Counted from the first letter of the stretch, positions 11,560 through 25,117 are shown. The stretch is 64,000 bases of DNA from Octopus sinensis (GCF_006345805.1 NC_043010.1:62310001-62374000); one strand, 5' to 3'. Numbers and translations: made by a program. Notes: generated by a model from the sequence alone, not told the origin.

Positions 11560-12003
11560 AGGGACCTGGCAGGACTGGTTGAGCATCAGAAAAAACGCTG
11601 TATGGTATTTATTCTGACGCTCCGTGTTCTGAGTTCAGTTTCCACCAAAAGTCAAACATTGCCTTTCATTTTTTAGGACCAATGAAATAAAATTACTGGT
11701 CAAGTGGTCAAGTACTAGCATTTCAACTCACTCCCTGCCCTCAAAATTGCTGACCTCGTAGCCAAGCCTGAAGCCATTATTATTCTGGCAGCAAGCTGGA
11801 AGAATTATTAAAATCTTTGGACAAAATGCCTTGTGGTATTTCTTCCAGTTCTTCACATTCTGAGTTCAAATGCAACTGCGGTCAGCTTTGCCTTTCATCC
11901 TTTTGGGGTCAATTAAATAAGTACCAGTTGAGTACTGGGGTTGATGTGATCAACTTACTGCCTTTCCCTGAAATTGCTGGCCTTGTGCCAAAATTTGAAA
12001 CCA
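11560..12003 (+). mobile_element. Two tandem family-M SINE copies (tail type B)
   Basis: Degenerate copy at about 11560-11775, then a better copy at about 11787-12003 ending GGCCTTGTGCCAAAATTTGAAACC+(ATT)n. Confidence 0.75.
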
Positions 12004-13091
12004 TTATAATTATTATCATCATCATCGTCATCCTTCTGGGTCAATCAAATCAACTCCTACTGATGAAAATGTGTGGCCTTGTGCCAAGGTTTGCAATCAA
12101 GATCAGTGGCATGGCAGAGACAGTATTAATCAGTTTCATTTCTCTCCCCCCACCCCAACCAACCTTTCTCTCTCCCCACCTGTCCCCTTATTTCAATTTC
12201 TGCCAACTTTGACTTTTCCTTTATTCCACTCCTTGGCTAAAAGAAGGTTTTCACTGAAATAAAGACAAAACCCATATACTGGGGATGAGGGCCCACTTCT
12301 CAATTCACTGCTACAGGACCTACCTTCCTTGTAAATTTGTAGTTCTCATCCAATTCACAAATTCATCATCATCATCTTTAGAGGATGTGATTTGGTTTAA
12401 AAAAAAAAAAGCTATTTCAAACTCGAGAAGACATTGAACACGGTTTTGTGGCTGCCTTTTTTGATACCCCAAACTCTCTCCCTCGCCCCTCTCTCTCTCT
12501 TTCTCTCTTGTCAATTTTATTTTTTATCCCTATAAGTGATTGTTGGGTGATGCAGTTAAATTACCAGTAAGATGTTGAGGGCCAATGGAAGAAAACATAC
12601 TGCTAGTTGCTCCCTTAATAAATTGGTTGATATATATATATATATATATATAAACCCAGTTTAAAGACGTCACAACAATATTATTACTGGCAGATCAGTA
12701 GACATGGCCGAGCCGGAGATATTCTGAGTTCAAATCTGCCTAAGGTCAAAATTAGCTTTTATTCATTGGAGGGTTAATGAAATACATTCAGGTCCTGGGG
12801 CCAGTGTAACTGACTTGCTCCTCCCTTCAAAATAGTGGAAAGGAGGGGCCAAAATTAGAAAGAATGAGAATTAATAAATGCTATTTAAAATCAGAGCAAC
12901 TAAAGTGTCTGTGTTCTGAGTCCAACTCCCCTCCTGGGCCAACTTTGCCTTTTATCCTTCAGAGAGAGAGTGTGTGTGTGTGAGAGAAGGTACAGAGATC
13001 ATTATAATGGATTACACTTTCCCCCTAAAATTGTAGCTTCATGTCTAATTAAAAAGGAGCAAATAAGAAAAATCATTATCGTCATAATTAA

Positions 13092-13302
13092 GGTGGTGAA
13101 CTGGAAGAATCGTTAGCATGCTGGGCATAAGGCTGAGTGGCATTTTGTCTGTCTTGACATTCTGAGTTCAAATTCCACTGAGGTCGACTTTGCCTTTCAC
13201 CCTTTCAGGGGTCGATAAAATAAGTACCAGTTGAACACTGGGGTCAATGTAATCGACAGCCCCTCCCCCAGAATTGCTGGCCTTGTGCCAAAATTTGAAA
13301 CC
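13092..13302 (+). mobile_element. Family-M SINE, tail type B
   Basis: Full head, central domain and GGCCTTGTGCCAAAATTTGAAACC tail followed by (ATT)n. Confidence 0.85.
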
Positions 13303-13912
13303 ATTATTATTACTAAAAATAATTCATTAACATGAAATATATGTAAATTTCTGATTATAATGATTTTAATAGAATTTTAATTAAATTTTCATTTTTTTTT
13401 TATTAATGTTTTGTATTTTTTTAATCCCTTGTCACTTTTACCCTCTCTTTCTCAGTCTCTCCTTTTCTCTCCCCCCCCCACCAACCCCTTGCTTTTTTGT
13501 AAAGGTAAAACACATCCCAGACTTGAAGCTGAAGAATACATCTTTGAAGATACTGAATCAGTTTGGCTGTACCCCTCATCCCCCCATCCCTTAAATCCTT
13601 TGTGTTAGCCCATCAAACAGTTCAAGGGGCAATGTGAGGAAATTGTTTGTAATAGTAGTAGTAGTAGTAGTAATAATAATAGTTGCAATGGTAGAAGAGC
13701 TAATAATAGTATCTGTAGTAGTTGTAGTAGTAGTAGTAGTTGTTGCAGAAATAACACCCACAGAGGCTTGCTTGCTATGTAAGATAACAGATTTCACAAT
13801 TTGATGAAATAAAATTAGATAAAATGTCTCCGTACAATTTGTTGTCTTAAAAAATTTCTTTTTTATTGAACTTTTGTATTTTTGCTTTTTTTTCTGTTTT
13901 TTTTTTTTTGTG

Positions 13913-14130
13913 CTGGCATGGCTGTGTGGTAAGAAGCTCGCTTCCCAACCACATGGTTTTGGGTTCAGTCCCACTACATGCCACCTTGATAGTGTCTCCT
14001 ACAATAGCTGAGGGCCAGCTGAAGCCTTGTGAGTGGATTTGGTCGATGGAAACTGAAAGAAGCCCTTTGTGTTGGTTTGCTTATGTTGCTGTAACTTAGT
14101 GGTTTGGCAAAAAGCAATCAATAAAATATG
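13913..14130 (+). mobile_element. CORE-type tRNA SINE (family C), partial
   Basis: GGCATGGCTGTGTGGTAAGAAGCT...GGTTCAGTCCCACT...GTGTCTCCTAC...GCCTTGTGAGTGGATTTGGT; homologous to 61866-62274. Confidence 0.7.
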
Positions 14131-14164
14131 TACTGGAATCCATTTGTTGAACTAAACTCTTTAA

Positions 14165-14383
14165 CCCTTTAGTGTTCAGATTATTGAATCAAACATAATG
14201 CTTATTGATTCTCATTGATTTGAATTAATCATGCATTATCTCATATCTTCAAGATCTTGATGGTGTAATTACTTAATGTAGAATAACATTGTAGGGTAGA
14301 TGTGAGGGCCTGGATCTGGTCAGTTTGAACATAAAACAGATTAACTATTTTGGCCGGATATGGCCGGTTTAAATACAAAAGGG
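14165..14383. mobile_element. piggyBac-type MITE (second family)
   Basis: TTAA|CCCTTT...AAAGGG|TTAA; internal sequence homologous (reverse orientation) to the host element at 63094-63668. Confidence 0.8.
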
Positions 14384-14729
14384 TTAAAGTGATGCTCCAG
14401 CATGGCTGCAGTCTAGTAGCTGAAACATGTACAGGATTAAAGATGTGCAGAACTTTTTTTTTCGTTCAATTTCCTCTGTGTGAACCATCAAATCTGGTTG
14501 TTTCCTCCATTTTCTCCTTCCGTTCTGGAACCTTCCATGTCTGTACAATCCAATCATATACATGCTACCCCTTCAGCCTCAGACAGGCCATGGCATGGTT
14601 TACCTGGAGAAATTAGACATTACTCTGCACACAAATTTTCTCGTGCATCTGATAAGGCTGAATGCATTTCTCACCCATTTCTTTTTGTCAGTTTGGTAGA
14701 TGAACCCTTTTGTCACTGTATTTCTGTGT

Positions 14730-15093
14730 GGAGGCGCAATGGCCCAGTGGTTAGGGCAGCGGACTCACGGTCCTAGGATTGCAGTTCGATTCCCACACAG
14801 GGTATTGTGAGTGTTATTGAGCGAAAATACCTAAAGCTCCACAAGGCTCCGGCAAGAGGTGGTGGCGAACCCTGCTGTATTCTTTCACCACAACTTTCTT
14901 CCTGTTTCCGTTGTACCTGTATTTCAAAGGGGCTAGCCTTGTCACACTCTGTGTCATGCTGAATCTCCCCAAGAACTACGTTAAGGGTGCATGTGTCTGT
15001 GGAGTACTCAACCACGTGCACGTTAATTTCATGAGCAGGCTGTTTCGTTGATCGGATCAACTGGAACCCTCGTCATCGTAACCGACGGAGTGC
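14730..15093 (+). mobile_element. tRNA-derived SINE, family R (GGAGGCGCAATGGCCCAGTGGTTAGG head)
   Basis: A-box/B-box-like head (TGGCCCAGTGG, GTTCGATTCC); ~370-bp body shared with 19622-19999 and 44025-44401. Confidence 0.85.
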
Positions 15094-15865
15094 CAAGAAG
15101 ACTGTATATCTGTTGAGATGCTCTGTTTTTCTCTCAATTATTTAAAATATAACAGAGAAATTAGTAAAATAATTTAGTTATCATTAAGCTAGCGATAGGA
15201 CCATTAATTGTGACTAAGGTTTGGTGAAAGATTTTAATGCAAAACTTTTGAACACAAAACATGTACTACAGAACCAGAGCTGGTTTCAGGCAGATTGGTA
15301 TCAAAAGGGTTAACACAAATACGCAAGCACAAACACACAGATATTGTAAACTTAAGGTTACACATTTACAAGATATAATCCAGGCAGTTCTGATACCATC
15401 TTATTATGTCATCATCATCATCACCATTTGATGTCTGTTTTTCCATGCTGGTATGAGCTGCAGGGTTTGACAGGAGCTGGCAAGGCCAGGAGAGCTACAC
15501 TAAGCTCCATTTGTTTTGCTATGGTTTCTGTGGCTGGATGCCCTTCCTAATGCCAACCACTTTACAAAGTGGACTGGCTGCTAGTGTGCATGTGATCATT
15601 TCATGTCCACTTATCCATGTTTGCATGGATCAGACGTAATTCAGTGAAGCGAATTTGCTGCAGCTGGATGCCCATCCTGTCACCAACCCACACCTGTTTC
15701 CAAGCAAGGTAATATTTCTCTGTGGCCAGACATATTTCATGAATGACTGGGAACAAGCAACATCACTCGTATGATGGTGATGTTCATTTATAACTGTCAC
15801 ACAATATCAAGATAAGCATACATACATAAATATATGTATATCTATAGTATAACCTATATCAAGAA

Positions 15866-16500
15866 GGCAGCAAGCTGGCAGAAACGTTAGCATACTGGGC
15901 AAAATGCTTACTCTTTTACTTGTTTCAGTCATTTGACTGGAGCACTGCCTTTAGTTGACAAATCAACCCCAGGACTTATTCTTTGTAAGCCTAGTACTTA
16001 TTCTATCGTTTTTTTTGCTGAACTGTTAAGTTACGGGGACGTAAACACACCACCATCAGTTGTCAAGCGATGTTGGGGAGACAAACACAGACACACACAC
16101 ACACATGTATATATACACATATATACGATGGGCTTCTTTCAGTTTCCGTCTACCAAATCCACTCACAAGGCTTTGGTCGGCCTGAGGCTATAGTAGAAAA
16201 CACTTGCCCAAGGTGCCACTCAGTGGGATTGAACCCGGAACCATGTGGTTGGTAAGCAAGCTACTTGCCACACAGCCACTCCTGCACCTATCACAGCCAT
16301 ACAGCCACTCCTGCACCTATACCGCTTAGCAGTATTTCATCTGTCTTTATGTTCTGAGTTCAAATTTCGCCAAGGTCGACTTTGACTTTCATCCTTTCAG
16401 GGAGGTCAATAAATTAAGTACCAGTTGCATACTGGGGTCAATCTAATCGACTGGCCCCCCTCCCCCAAAATTTCAGGCCTTGTGCCTAGAGTAGAAAAGA
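15866..16500 (+). mobile_element. Family-M SINE (tail A) split by an antisense full-length family-C SINE (15911-16323)
   Basis: Host head ends AAAATGCTTA (15910) and resumes GCTTAGCAGTATTT (16324); GCTTA is duplicated. TATAACCTATAT at 15848-15859 and 16502-16513 flanks the host. Confidence 0.8.
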
Positions 16501-16513
16501 ATATAACCTATAT

Positions 16514-16662
16514 TAGTGGTTCCCAACCTTTTCATTAGCAAGGACCCTTTTTATTTAGATGGGTTTTCCCATGGACCCCTTTTAATATACTTATCCTTAT
16601 ATATATATATGAAATTTTAAATTTAGTTCATGGACCCCCGGTACTAACTTTGTGGACCACTG
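16514..16662. mobile_element. hAT-type MITE
   Basis: Ends TAGTGGTTCCCAAC / GGACCACTG; 8-bp flanks ACCTATAT / TTCTATAT (6 of 8 match). Confidence 0.55.
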
Positions 16663-18450
16663 TTCTATATCATCAAAAGCTCTGGTGTTGGCTCCACATA
16701 GAAAGCACCCAGTCCACTCTATAAAGTGGTTGGCATTAGTAAGGGAATCCAGCTGTAGAAACTATGCTCCAGAACAGACAGTAGAACCTGCTGCAGCCCC
16801 TGGCCTTACCGGCTCCTGTCAAACTGTCCAACCCATGCCAGTATGGAAAATGGGTGTTAAGTGACAATGATGAAAATGATGATCCTGTGTCTACACGTAG
16901 ATAATGAGCATATACGAGGGGCTTCTTGGCTTGTTATAGTTTCCATCTACCAAATTCACTCACAAGGCTTTGGTCAGCCCAAGGCTATAGTAGAAGAATT
17001 TTACTCAGGTGCAGCACAGTGAGACTGAACTCAAGACCACATGGTTAGGATGCAAGTTTCTTAACCACACGTGTGTATGATGGGCTCCCACAGTTTCTGT
17101 CTACCAAATGGCCTGACAAGGTTTTGGCCAGTGCAGACCCATAGTGGAAGACACTTGCAGGAAGTTTCATGCCGTGGCGTTGAACCCAGCGCCATGTGGC
17201 TACAAAGGCAGTTTCTTAAGCACACAGCCACACCTGTGCCTGTGGTCGAGGAGGGCACTTTGCAACAGTGTGGTTCCAGGTTCAAGCCCAATGCACTGCT
17301 TGTTGGACAAATATCTTCTCCGACTCAGTGGCTGGAATTTGATGGATAGAAACTGTGCAAAGCCACATTGGAATGTGAGAATGAGTGTGTGTATACATGT
17401 GTGTGTGTGTAACTCTGTGAATGTATATGTGTGTTTGTAGCTGTGCTTATTAAAAGTAGTGCATTGAGTTGTGTCCCTTTATACCAAACCGGTACAACTT
17501 AGTGAATTGATAAACAGAGACTGATAAATTGGAACAGGACTGGAATATACATCAGGATCAATGTGATTGATTAAAATTCCTTCATAGGATGCTTCAGCAT
17601 GGTCACAGATTGAAGCCCAGGTAAAATATACTTTCTCTACATCTAAGTCTTCATCATCACCATCTTTGTCTTCCATCCACGTTCCATGCTGATTGGTTCA
17701 TCACAATTTGAACCTGTTGTCATCCAGAGTTACTACCCTCCTACACATCTCAAATGATAGCAACTTATTTGCACCTTCCACTTTCGGCTTGATTTCTATG
17801 GCTCGGTCCTCTTCCAAAAACTGACCACTTTTCACAGAGTGGTGTGTGCATTTCCCTGTGGCACCAGAATTCAAAAGATTGTCTGCGGTAAAGGCACATA
17901 GCCCAGTGGTTAGGGCCACTCATCATTGCTAGATCTAGGATTCAATTCCCAGACTGTTGGACAAATATCTTCTCCAACACAGTGGCTGGAATTGGAATTT
18001 AATATGTTGCCCCAGTCCACTCGGCTGTAGATGGGTCACACTGCAATAGACTAGTCTTCTGATCAGGAGGAGGGATGTTGGCCTGCTCGCCTTGCCTGTG
18101 GAGTGGCATCATTTGAAAGCTAAAACAATGCAAAGTGCATTGTGACCAGTGATGTATAACAACATCTGATAGCTGATACCCTGATATACATGTGTATATT
18201 TGTGATTCCTCGTCTTGTCATCATGAGGTAGTTGTGAGTGAGTGTCCACTGTCATATGAGCAGTGTTTATTTCCGGTGAAAACACTTGTAAATGTGGAGA
18301 AATATCATGTTGCTTTGGAAACAGGTGAGGTTTCCAAATGATGGTGACGAGAAGGAAATCCAGTCATAGAAAATCTGCCTCCATGAATTTCTATCTGAGC
18401 CTTGCAATCTTGGTAAACTAGCCATTAAAACGATGATGTAGAAATATATG

Positions 18451-18484
<34 letters not shown>

Positions 18485-18485
<1 letters not shown>

Positions 18486-18882
18486 TAGCAGTATCGCCCG
18501 GCGTTGCTCGGGTTTGTAAGGGAAATAACTATATAAGCATTTTTAGAGAGTTATAGCCAAAAAATAGAAAAAAAATGCATTAAAAATGGAAAAAAAATTA
18601 TGGTAAATATTTTTTTAAATCGTTGACTCATCGTAGACATTTTTAGAGAGTTACTTCCCTTATATAATAGCGAAAAAATGCATTAAAATGGAAAAAAAAT
18701 GATGGTAAATCTTTTTTAAAATCATAGACTCATCGTAGACGTGCGCTAATACCCAGAAGGGCTCGATATGAATCACAACTATAAGATACCCGGTTTTGGT
18801 TAAACTGCACCGCAAAATGTGGGAGTAGTTAGGAATCTAAAGCGTAGGAGACAGACACACAACCTCTCTTTTATATATAAAG

Positions 18883-18883
<1 letters not shown>
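18485..18883 (-). mobile_element. Non-autonomous Helitron
   Basis: Minus strand reads A|TCTTTATATA...CCCGAGCAACGCCGGG-CGATACTG-CTAG|T: 5' TC, subterminal hairpin, 3' CTAG, A/T target, no TSD. Internal ~100-bp direct repeat at about 18538-18740. Confidence 0.85.
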
Positions 18884-18913
<30 letters not shown>

Positions 18914-19016
18914 TATATATATATATGATTCAAATAAACAAACAAAAAACAGGAAAAAAAAATGACGAAGTGCACAAGAAATATATTAATTTGTTGCTTA
19001 GTGAAGGGAAAGAGAT

Positions 19017-19330
19017 CAGTTCGATATTTCAGCGATGAGGAATTATTTACATTATTTACATTTGACAGATAATTGTCCACATCTTGTTGGTTATTAACAC
19101 AACGTTTCAGCTGATATATCCTCCAGCCTTCATCAGGTGTCTTGAGGAAATTTTGAACCTGGGTTCTTATTCCTAAGGTACCTTTTGATGTTGTTGTTGT
19201 TGTTATTATTATCATTATTATTAATCAGGTCACTGCTTGGAATCGAACGGTGTAGTGGTTAAGAGCGCAGGCTACTAACCCCAAGATTCCGAGTTTGATT
19301 CCAGTGACCTGAATAATGGTAATAATAATA
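19017..19330 (-). mobile_element. Hammerhead-bearing tRNA-headed element (copy 1), with an inverted junction inside the head
   Basis: Minus arm with full 3' end and hammerhead motif at 19096-19141; the head is truncated at 19248, then a plus-strand tRNA-like head starts at 19249 (GGTGTAGTGGTTAAGAGCGCAGGCTACTAACCCC). Confidence 0.8.
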
Positions 19331-19621
19331 TATGGCATGATAAATGTAAAATATGTCGCCCTTTTCAAGCATAGCCAGGCTCACGGGCCCGGTTTCCTGG
19401 TTTCTGTGGCATATGTGTTCCCCCCAGCTGGACGCGACACCAGTCCATCGCAGCGTTACTCAAAAAATAGGAATACCTTGATTCCTCCTGATGCATAAGA
19501 CCTTGGTCAGTACATCAGTGCTTTGGCATCAATGCACACTGACATTGCACATCAAACAGAGCATACTAGTTTCATTCCTCTCTAATATGTAGCATTGCTC
19601 TTCATATACAAGCATCGTAGT

Positions 19622-19999
19622 GGAGGCGCAATGGCCCAGTGGTTAGGGCAGCGGACTCGCGGTCATAGGATCGCGGTTTCAATTCCCAGACCAGGCATTG
19701 TGAGTGTTTATTGAGCGAAAACACCTAAGGCTCCACGAGGCTCCGGCAGGTGGGGTGGTGGTGATCCATGCTGTACTCTTTCACCACAAATTTCTCTCAC
19801 TCTTACTTCCTGTTTCTGTTGTACCTGTATTTCAAAGGGCCGGCCTTGTCACTCTCTGTGTCACGCTGAATATCCCCGAGAACTACGTTAAGGGTACACG
19901 TGTCTGTGGAGTGCTCAGCCACTTACACGTTAATTTCACGAGCAGGCTGTTCCGTTGATTCGGATCAACCGGAACCCTCGTCGTAACTGACGGAGTGCT
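19622..19999 (+). mobile_element. Family-R SINE, full length with TSD
   Basis: Well-preserved copy; ATACAAGCAT duplicated at 19606-19615 and 20008-20017. Confidence 0.88.
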
Positions 20000-20280
20000 T
20001 CCATTCCATACAAGCATAATACAATGTCTTTCATTCAGAGAAAGAGAACAGAGGTAACAGCTCTCTGAACCTTCTCCATCCTGTTCTTACTCTAGCAACT
20101 ATCCTGTTGGATCATCCTCCACCACTGCTAATTAGGTCATTTAAGTAAGAGAAAGCTATCTGCCACCTCCATGAAGCTTCCAAGACATTCAAGAAAATCT
20201 ATTTGCTATGACTCCTTAGTGTTCACTGCTTCTGTGAATCTTCCACATACACTACTTTCTTACTTAACCTTCTTTTGATT

Positions 20281-20649
20281 CTATAGCTTGCACTGGGCAC
20301 ACCAAATGGAAGACCTGCCTTCACCCTTCCTACATATTGAGTAGGGCCATTTACCTGAAGTGGGTAGAATCCTGCTTACTAGATCTTTGGGCTTTGCTAT
20401 GTTAACTTTAAGGCCTTTTGATTCCAGGTTTTGCTTCCACACCCAGAATTTATTATCTAATACTGTTACAGATTCTACCATGAGAGCTAAATCATCAGCA
20501 TATGATAGTTCCCTGGGGCAGCTGGTCTTAAATTCTTCTGTTATGGCCTGGAGGACTATGATGAATAGGAGAGGATTGAGAACTGAGCCCTGGTGAATGC
20601 CTACCTGTACTCTAAATTCATTACTGAACTCACAGTTAACTGTCCTCAT
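20281..20649 (-). pseudogene. RTE-type reverse transcriptase fragment
   Basis: ORF contains VGIHQGSVLNPLLFIIVL and YADDL, the RT core motifs. Confidence 0.85.
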
Positions 20650-20959
20650 GGAGCTTTAGGTGTTTTCGCTCAATAAACACACACAACACCTGGTCTGGGA
20701 ATCGAAATCACAATCCTCTGACCGCGAGTCCACTGCCCTAACTACTGGGCGGAATTTGAACTCAGAACGTAATGGCAGACGAAATACTGCTAAGCATTTT
20801 GCCTGGCATGCTAACGATTCTGCCAGCTCGCCGCCTGTCAAACCATCAAACTGCTGTCGGCATAGAAAAAAATGATATTAAGTGATGATGTACATATGTG
20901 TATGCATGTGTGTATGTGTGTGTGTATCTAACTCTTCTGTCTAACCACCTCTGTCCAGC

Positions 20960-21145
20960 AAGCCACCATGATTGAGTGCTAGACCCGAAAGCATTTTTTA
21001 TTCTCTCTGTTTATTTTCTTGTGTTCCTTTCTGCTGAAGAGCATAGGCTCGAAACATAAAAGACTTTCTCACCTCCCTGAGCATCAAACTAATACACCTG
21101 TTTGTTGTTTATACACCTGTCTTGTTTTGTTTTTCTGTAAATTCC

Positions 21146-21148
<3 letters not shown>
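20960..21148 (+). mobile_element. Possible Penelope-like terminal fragment with a degenerate hammerhead-like motif
   Basis: CTGAAGAGCATAGGCTCGAAAC at 21034-21055; single copy in the window; stem I pairing is weak. Confidence 0.4.
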
Positions 21149-21215
<67 letters not shown>

Positions 21216-22062
21216 ATATATATGTATATATATATATGTATATATATATATATACATATATATGCACACACACACACACATATATATATGCATGCACACA
21301 CACAAACACATAGATGTAGGCGTGCATATACTTGTTTATGCAGAACTTTATGCAAAAAACAGGCACTCACAATCTCATACACATCCATAGCTACTATTTC
21401 TAGCAGGTCAGGCAACTGCATAGATGTGTCACAGGGGAGCCTCAAAGATATTGCTTCACCATCGAAAAATAGCAGTCGTATTACCCTCAAACCACAACTT
21501 TAGCATCTTAAAAAAAAGAAAAGGAGAAATTAGATGAAAAACAAAAAACAGTGATGGATATATTGTCTGAAAATGAGACAGGATGGTCATAGCTGGAGAG
21601 CTTTGGTCAGAGCTTAACTGGGGCTAAAAGACCAGCACTTTTACGGCATTGAAAATGGCTGATAAAGATGCAGCCAACATCGCAATATTACTGGACTCGT
21701 CCGAACCAGTAGAAACCAGATTGTATTTTTGCAGAAGGGAAAAAGGAGAAGAATGAAATAGGGAGTTGCTTATGACGTTCTGTTTATTATGGCGGTCAGT
21801 GAAGACATCTACTGTGGGGGGGGGGGGCGGGAGGAGAGAAAGAGACAGAGAGAGAGAGAGAGGAAGAGAGGGATACTTTGAAGGGCTGTACGTAAGGAAG
21901 GGACGGGTGGCTTGCCAGGGATACAGAGGGGCAGGGGAAGACATTTGTGTGTGTGTGTGTGTGCATGTGTGTAAATAGACATAAATACACACGTATGTAT
22001 ATACATATATGTGTGTGTGTAAATGTACGTATATATGTATAGAGATATGCATGTGTAGAAAT

Positions 22063-22097
<35 letters not shown>

Positions 22098-23299
22098 GAG
22101 AGAGGGATAGATAGATAGGTAGATAGATAGGTAGAGACAGATAGATAGGTAGAGACAGATAGATAGATAGATAGATGTATATTAGTGGTGCGTGATCCGT
22201 GGTGAGAATATACCTATATGTATATTATATATATCTTTTTGTTTCATGTTTTCACTTGTTTCAGTCTTTGAACTGTGGCCATGCTGGGGCACAGCCTTGG
22301 AGAATTTTAGTCGAATAAATCGACCCCAGCACATATTTCTTTAAAGACTGGTACTTGTTTTATCGATCTTTCCTGTCGAACCGCTAGCAGACGGGGACGT
22401 AAACAAAACGACACCGGTTATCACACGCATCATAATCATCATCGTCATTTAACGTCCACGTTCCATGCTGGCATGGGTAGGACGCTTTGACAAGAGCTGA
22501 ATTATGTCCCAGTATCTGCTTTGGCACGCTAGACATTAATTATAGACATTTACATACACATATATAAACTGTTATATACATATATGTGTGTATATATGTA
22601 CGTATTTATATATATATATATATGTATACGTATATATATATTGGATATGGTATTACATATAATATTATCTATCCATCAGTTTATATATATACATATACGA
22701 GCGCATATTTCTACAGGCGAATGGTGTAATCGCGATCAGTTAATTCGCAGCCGTGCATTTATTTTCAAAATTCCGTTCCCACATTTTTCTAACGACTTCT
22801 AAAGCCTCCTCCCCTTCCTCCCTCCTTCTACGCCTCTAAAGAAGGGCAGGAGTAACGGTACTATGACAGAGAGAGAGGGGGAAACTGACAGAGTATCAGA
22901 TGAGAGTATGAGGAGTAGGAGGGAAGGGGAGGAAGAGTGGAGGAGTGAGTCTGGAACACTTCTTTGTCTCTCCTAAGCCTTTCACTCGAGACAATGAAAA
23001 GCGGTGAATAGTTCCTTGCAAAAAGAAATCCGTCCCATTTAAAGTTAATGCGAGGAATTGATATTTTTGAATAAAGTAAAAATTATATAATATAAGTTAG
23101 CTTCTAATATTGTTTTACTGTGTTTCATGTTATATCCACTTTGCACGGCGGTTTGACTAAATCTCTGGTTTAAAATATCCAAATTTGATAAATAATACTG
23201 ATAAACTATTAACTAGGTCACTCTGATTCGGACATATTGAAGAATGTTCCTCCGTAAAAAAACTTCTGGGGTTGGTATTTGTCATGTTTTTGCACTCAG

Positions 23300-23750
23300 C
23301 ATATTTTATCCTGTCTCGTAGGAGTTAATATAAGATGATGCCTTTAGTTAATTGCTTTGTGATTATTGTCGGAAATCGTGAGAAATAAAGTAGTGGGGGA
23401 AAACAATGAAATAGATGTTAACCTAAATAATCCGGATTTAACTAGCTCGACAGTTGTTACCGAGTTACTTCCCTTTGGCTTATGTCGTCGCTGACGCACT
23501 CCTCCTCCCGCTATATCTACCTTGGGTCTCTTTTTTTTCCTAAAAGGTACCTGCTATGACAACCACATCTACAACAACAACGGCAAGCTGAATATTAGGG
23601 TATCATTTTGACATGTAAACTACCCGAATGAATTCCGACCGTTCGCTGTTTGGCTCTGCTGGAACCAACGGAGCTGCCTGATGCCGTGGAGGGGTTCCCT
23701 CCCCCCCTCTCTCTCTCGTTACACTCGCTTTGAAGGACCAGACTTAGAGA
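23300..23750 (+). promoter_or_regulatory. Candidate promoter and first non-coding exon of ZNF-B
   Basis: Unique, locally CpG-rich sequence (AATCCGGATT palindrome, TATGTCGTCGCTGACGCA) ending in a perfect donor GA|GTAAGT at 23751, about 4.5 kb upstream of the ZNF-B acceptor. Confidence 0.4.
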
Positions 23751-25060
23751 GTAAGTGACACATTCACAATCGCTTTATTTATTCCAGCTTTCCTCCCGTC
23801 TCATTTATCTCGCATTTACTTACAATTTTTCCTTCTTCCCCCCAATATCCTCTCCTCCGGTCATTTCATTCCATCAATCCATCTTAAAACGATTTATTTC
23901 CAACTCAACACTTCTCTTCCTCTCCCCCTCCCACTTTCTTTATTCTTTCAGTACATTTTCCCTCCCTCTATCCTTATACTCTATCTTCCTCTCTTCATCT
24001 TCTATTCTCTCTCTACACACACGTCTCTCTATTCTATTTCATTCTCTCTATATCGATCTATCTATCTCCCTGTCTCTCTAATCTCACTGTCTTATATATG
24101 TATATCTATCTATCCATCATATCTGTCTCTGCCACTATATATATATATATATTTCCCCCTTTATTCTTTCTCCTCTCTACATCTCCCTCTTTTCTTCCCC
24201 CCCTCACCCTCTTTATCTTTCTTTATATATTTTTTTATGGCGTCAAGGCGAGGTGTCCTCCAGCGACAACCTTCTTTACCGCCATAAATTCTACATTTTA
24301 AACAGTAAGCCACGAAATCCTTCATAAAATAACCATACATAAAACTTATCCCTCTATTATATGAGTGTACAAATATTTCACAGATTCATAAATAAATGCT
24401 AATTTATAATATATATATATAAATACATACACATATATACACACACACATACACGTGTGTGTGTGTATACATATGGGGTATATATATATGCATGTGGTGT
24501 GTTAATATGCATGATTATGCAAATATGTTGTGTATATATATATGTTTTATATATATATACGTATGTGATCTGCCTTACACTCATATATGTATGTATGATG
24601 TGTGTGTGTGTACGTTACACGTACCTCTAATAGATTTCGTTGGAGCAAGTACTTTTATATATATAGGTCATATGACATTATTATTATTATTATTTTTATA
24701 TTCTAATAACGAAGAACCGAAAGCGCTTTATTTAGCAATTCTGTGTTAAAAATAAACGTCGATGTGGAATCCCCGTCACAACATCGCTCACCCTGGCTGG
24801 TTCTAAGTAAATATTAGTCATCACACACACGTACACACACCCACACACCACTATTGGTATATATTGGTTGTACTTTAACATAAATATGTTTACCATCGGC
24901 AACAACATGATGCAGGTTTTCGGTTTTTAAAAAAACATACGTTTGTGGCTGTCAACTTTTTCCGTGAGACTGACTTCTATACACTTTCAGCATAATTATA
25001 AATATCTATATCTTATCTTATCAGAAGCAACATTCGTGTGTGTATGTGGCGCGTGTATAT

Positions 25061-25117
<57 letters not shown>

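Noticed and set aside
19249-19312. tRNA gene (also the tRNA-like heads at 14730, 19622 and 61866)
   Set aside because: No acceptor stem closure, and the heads run directly into repeat bodies; these are SINE heads, not functional tRNAs.
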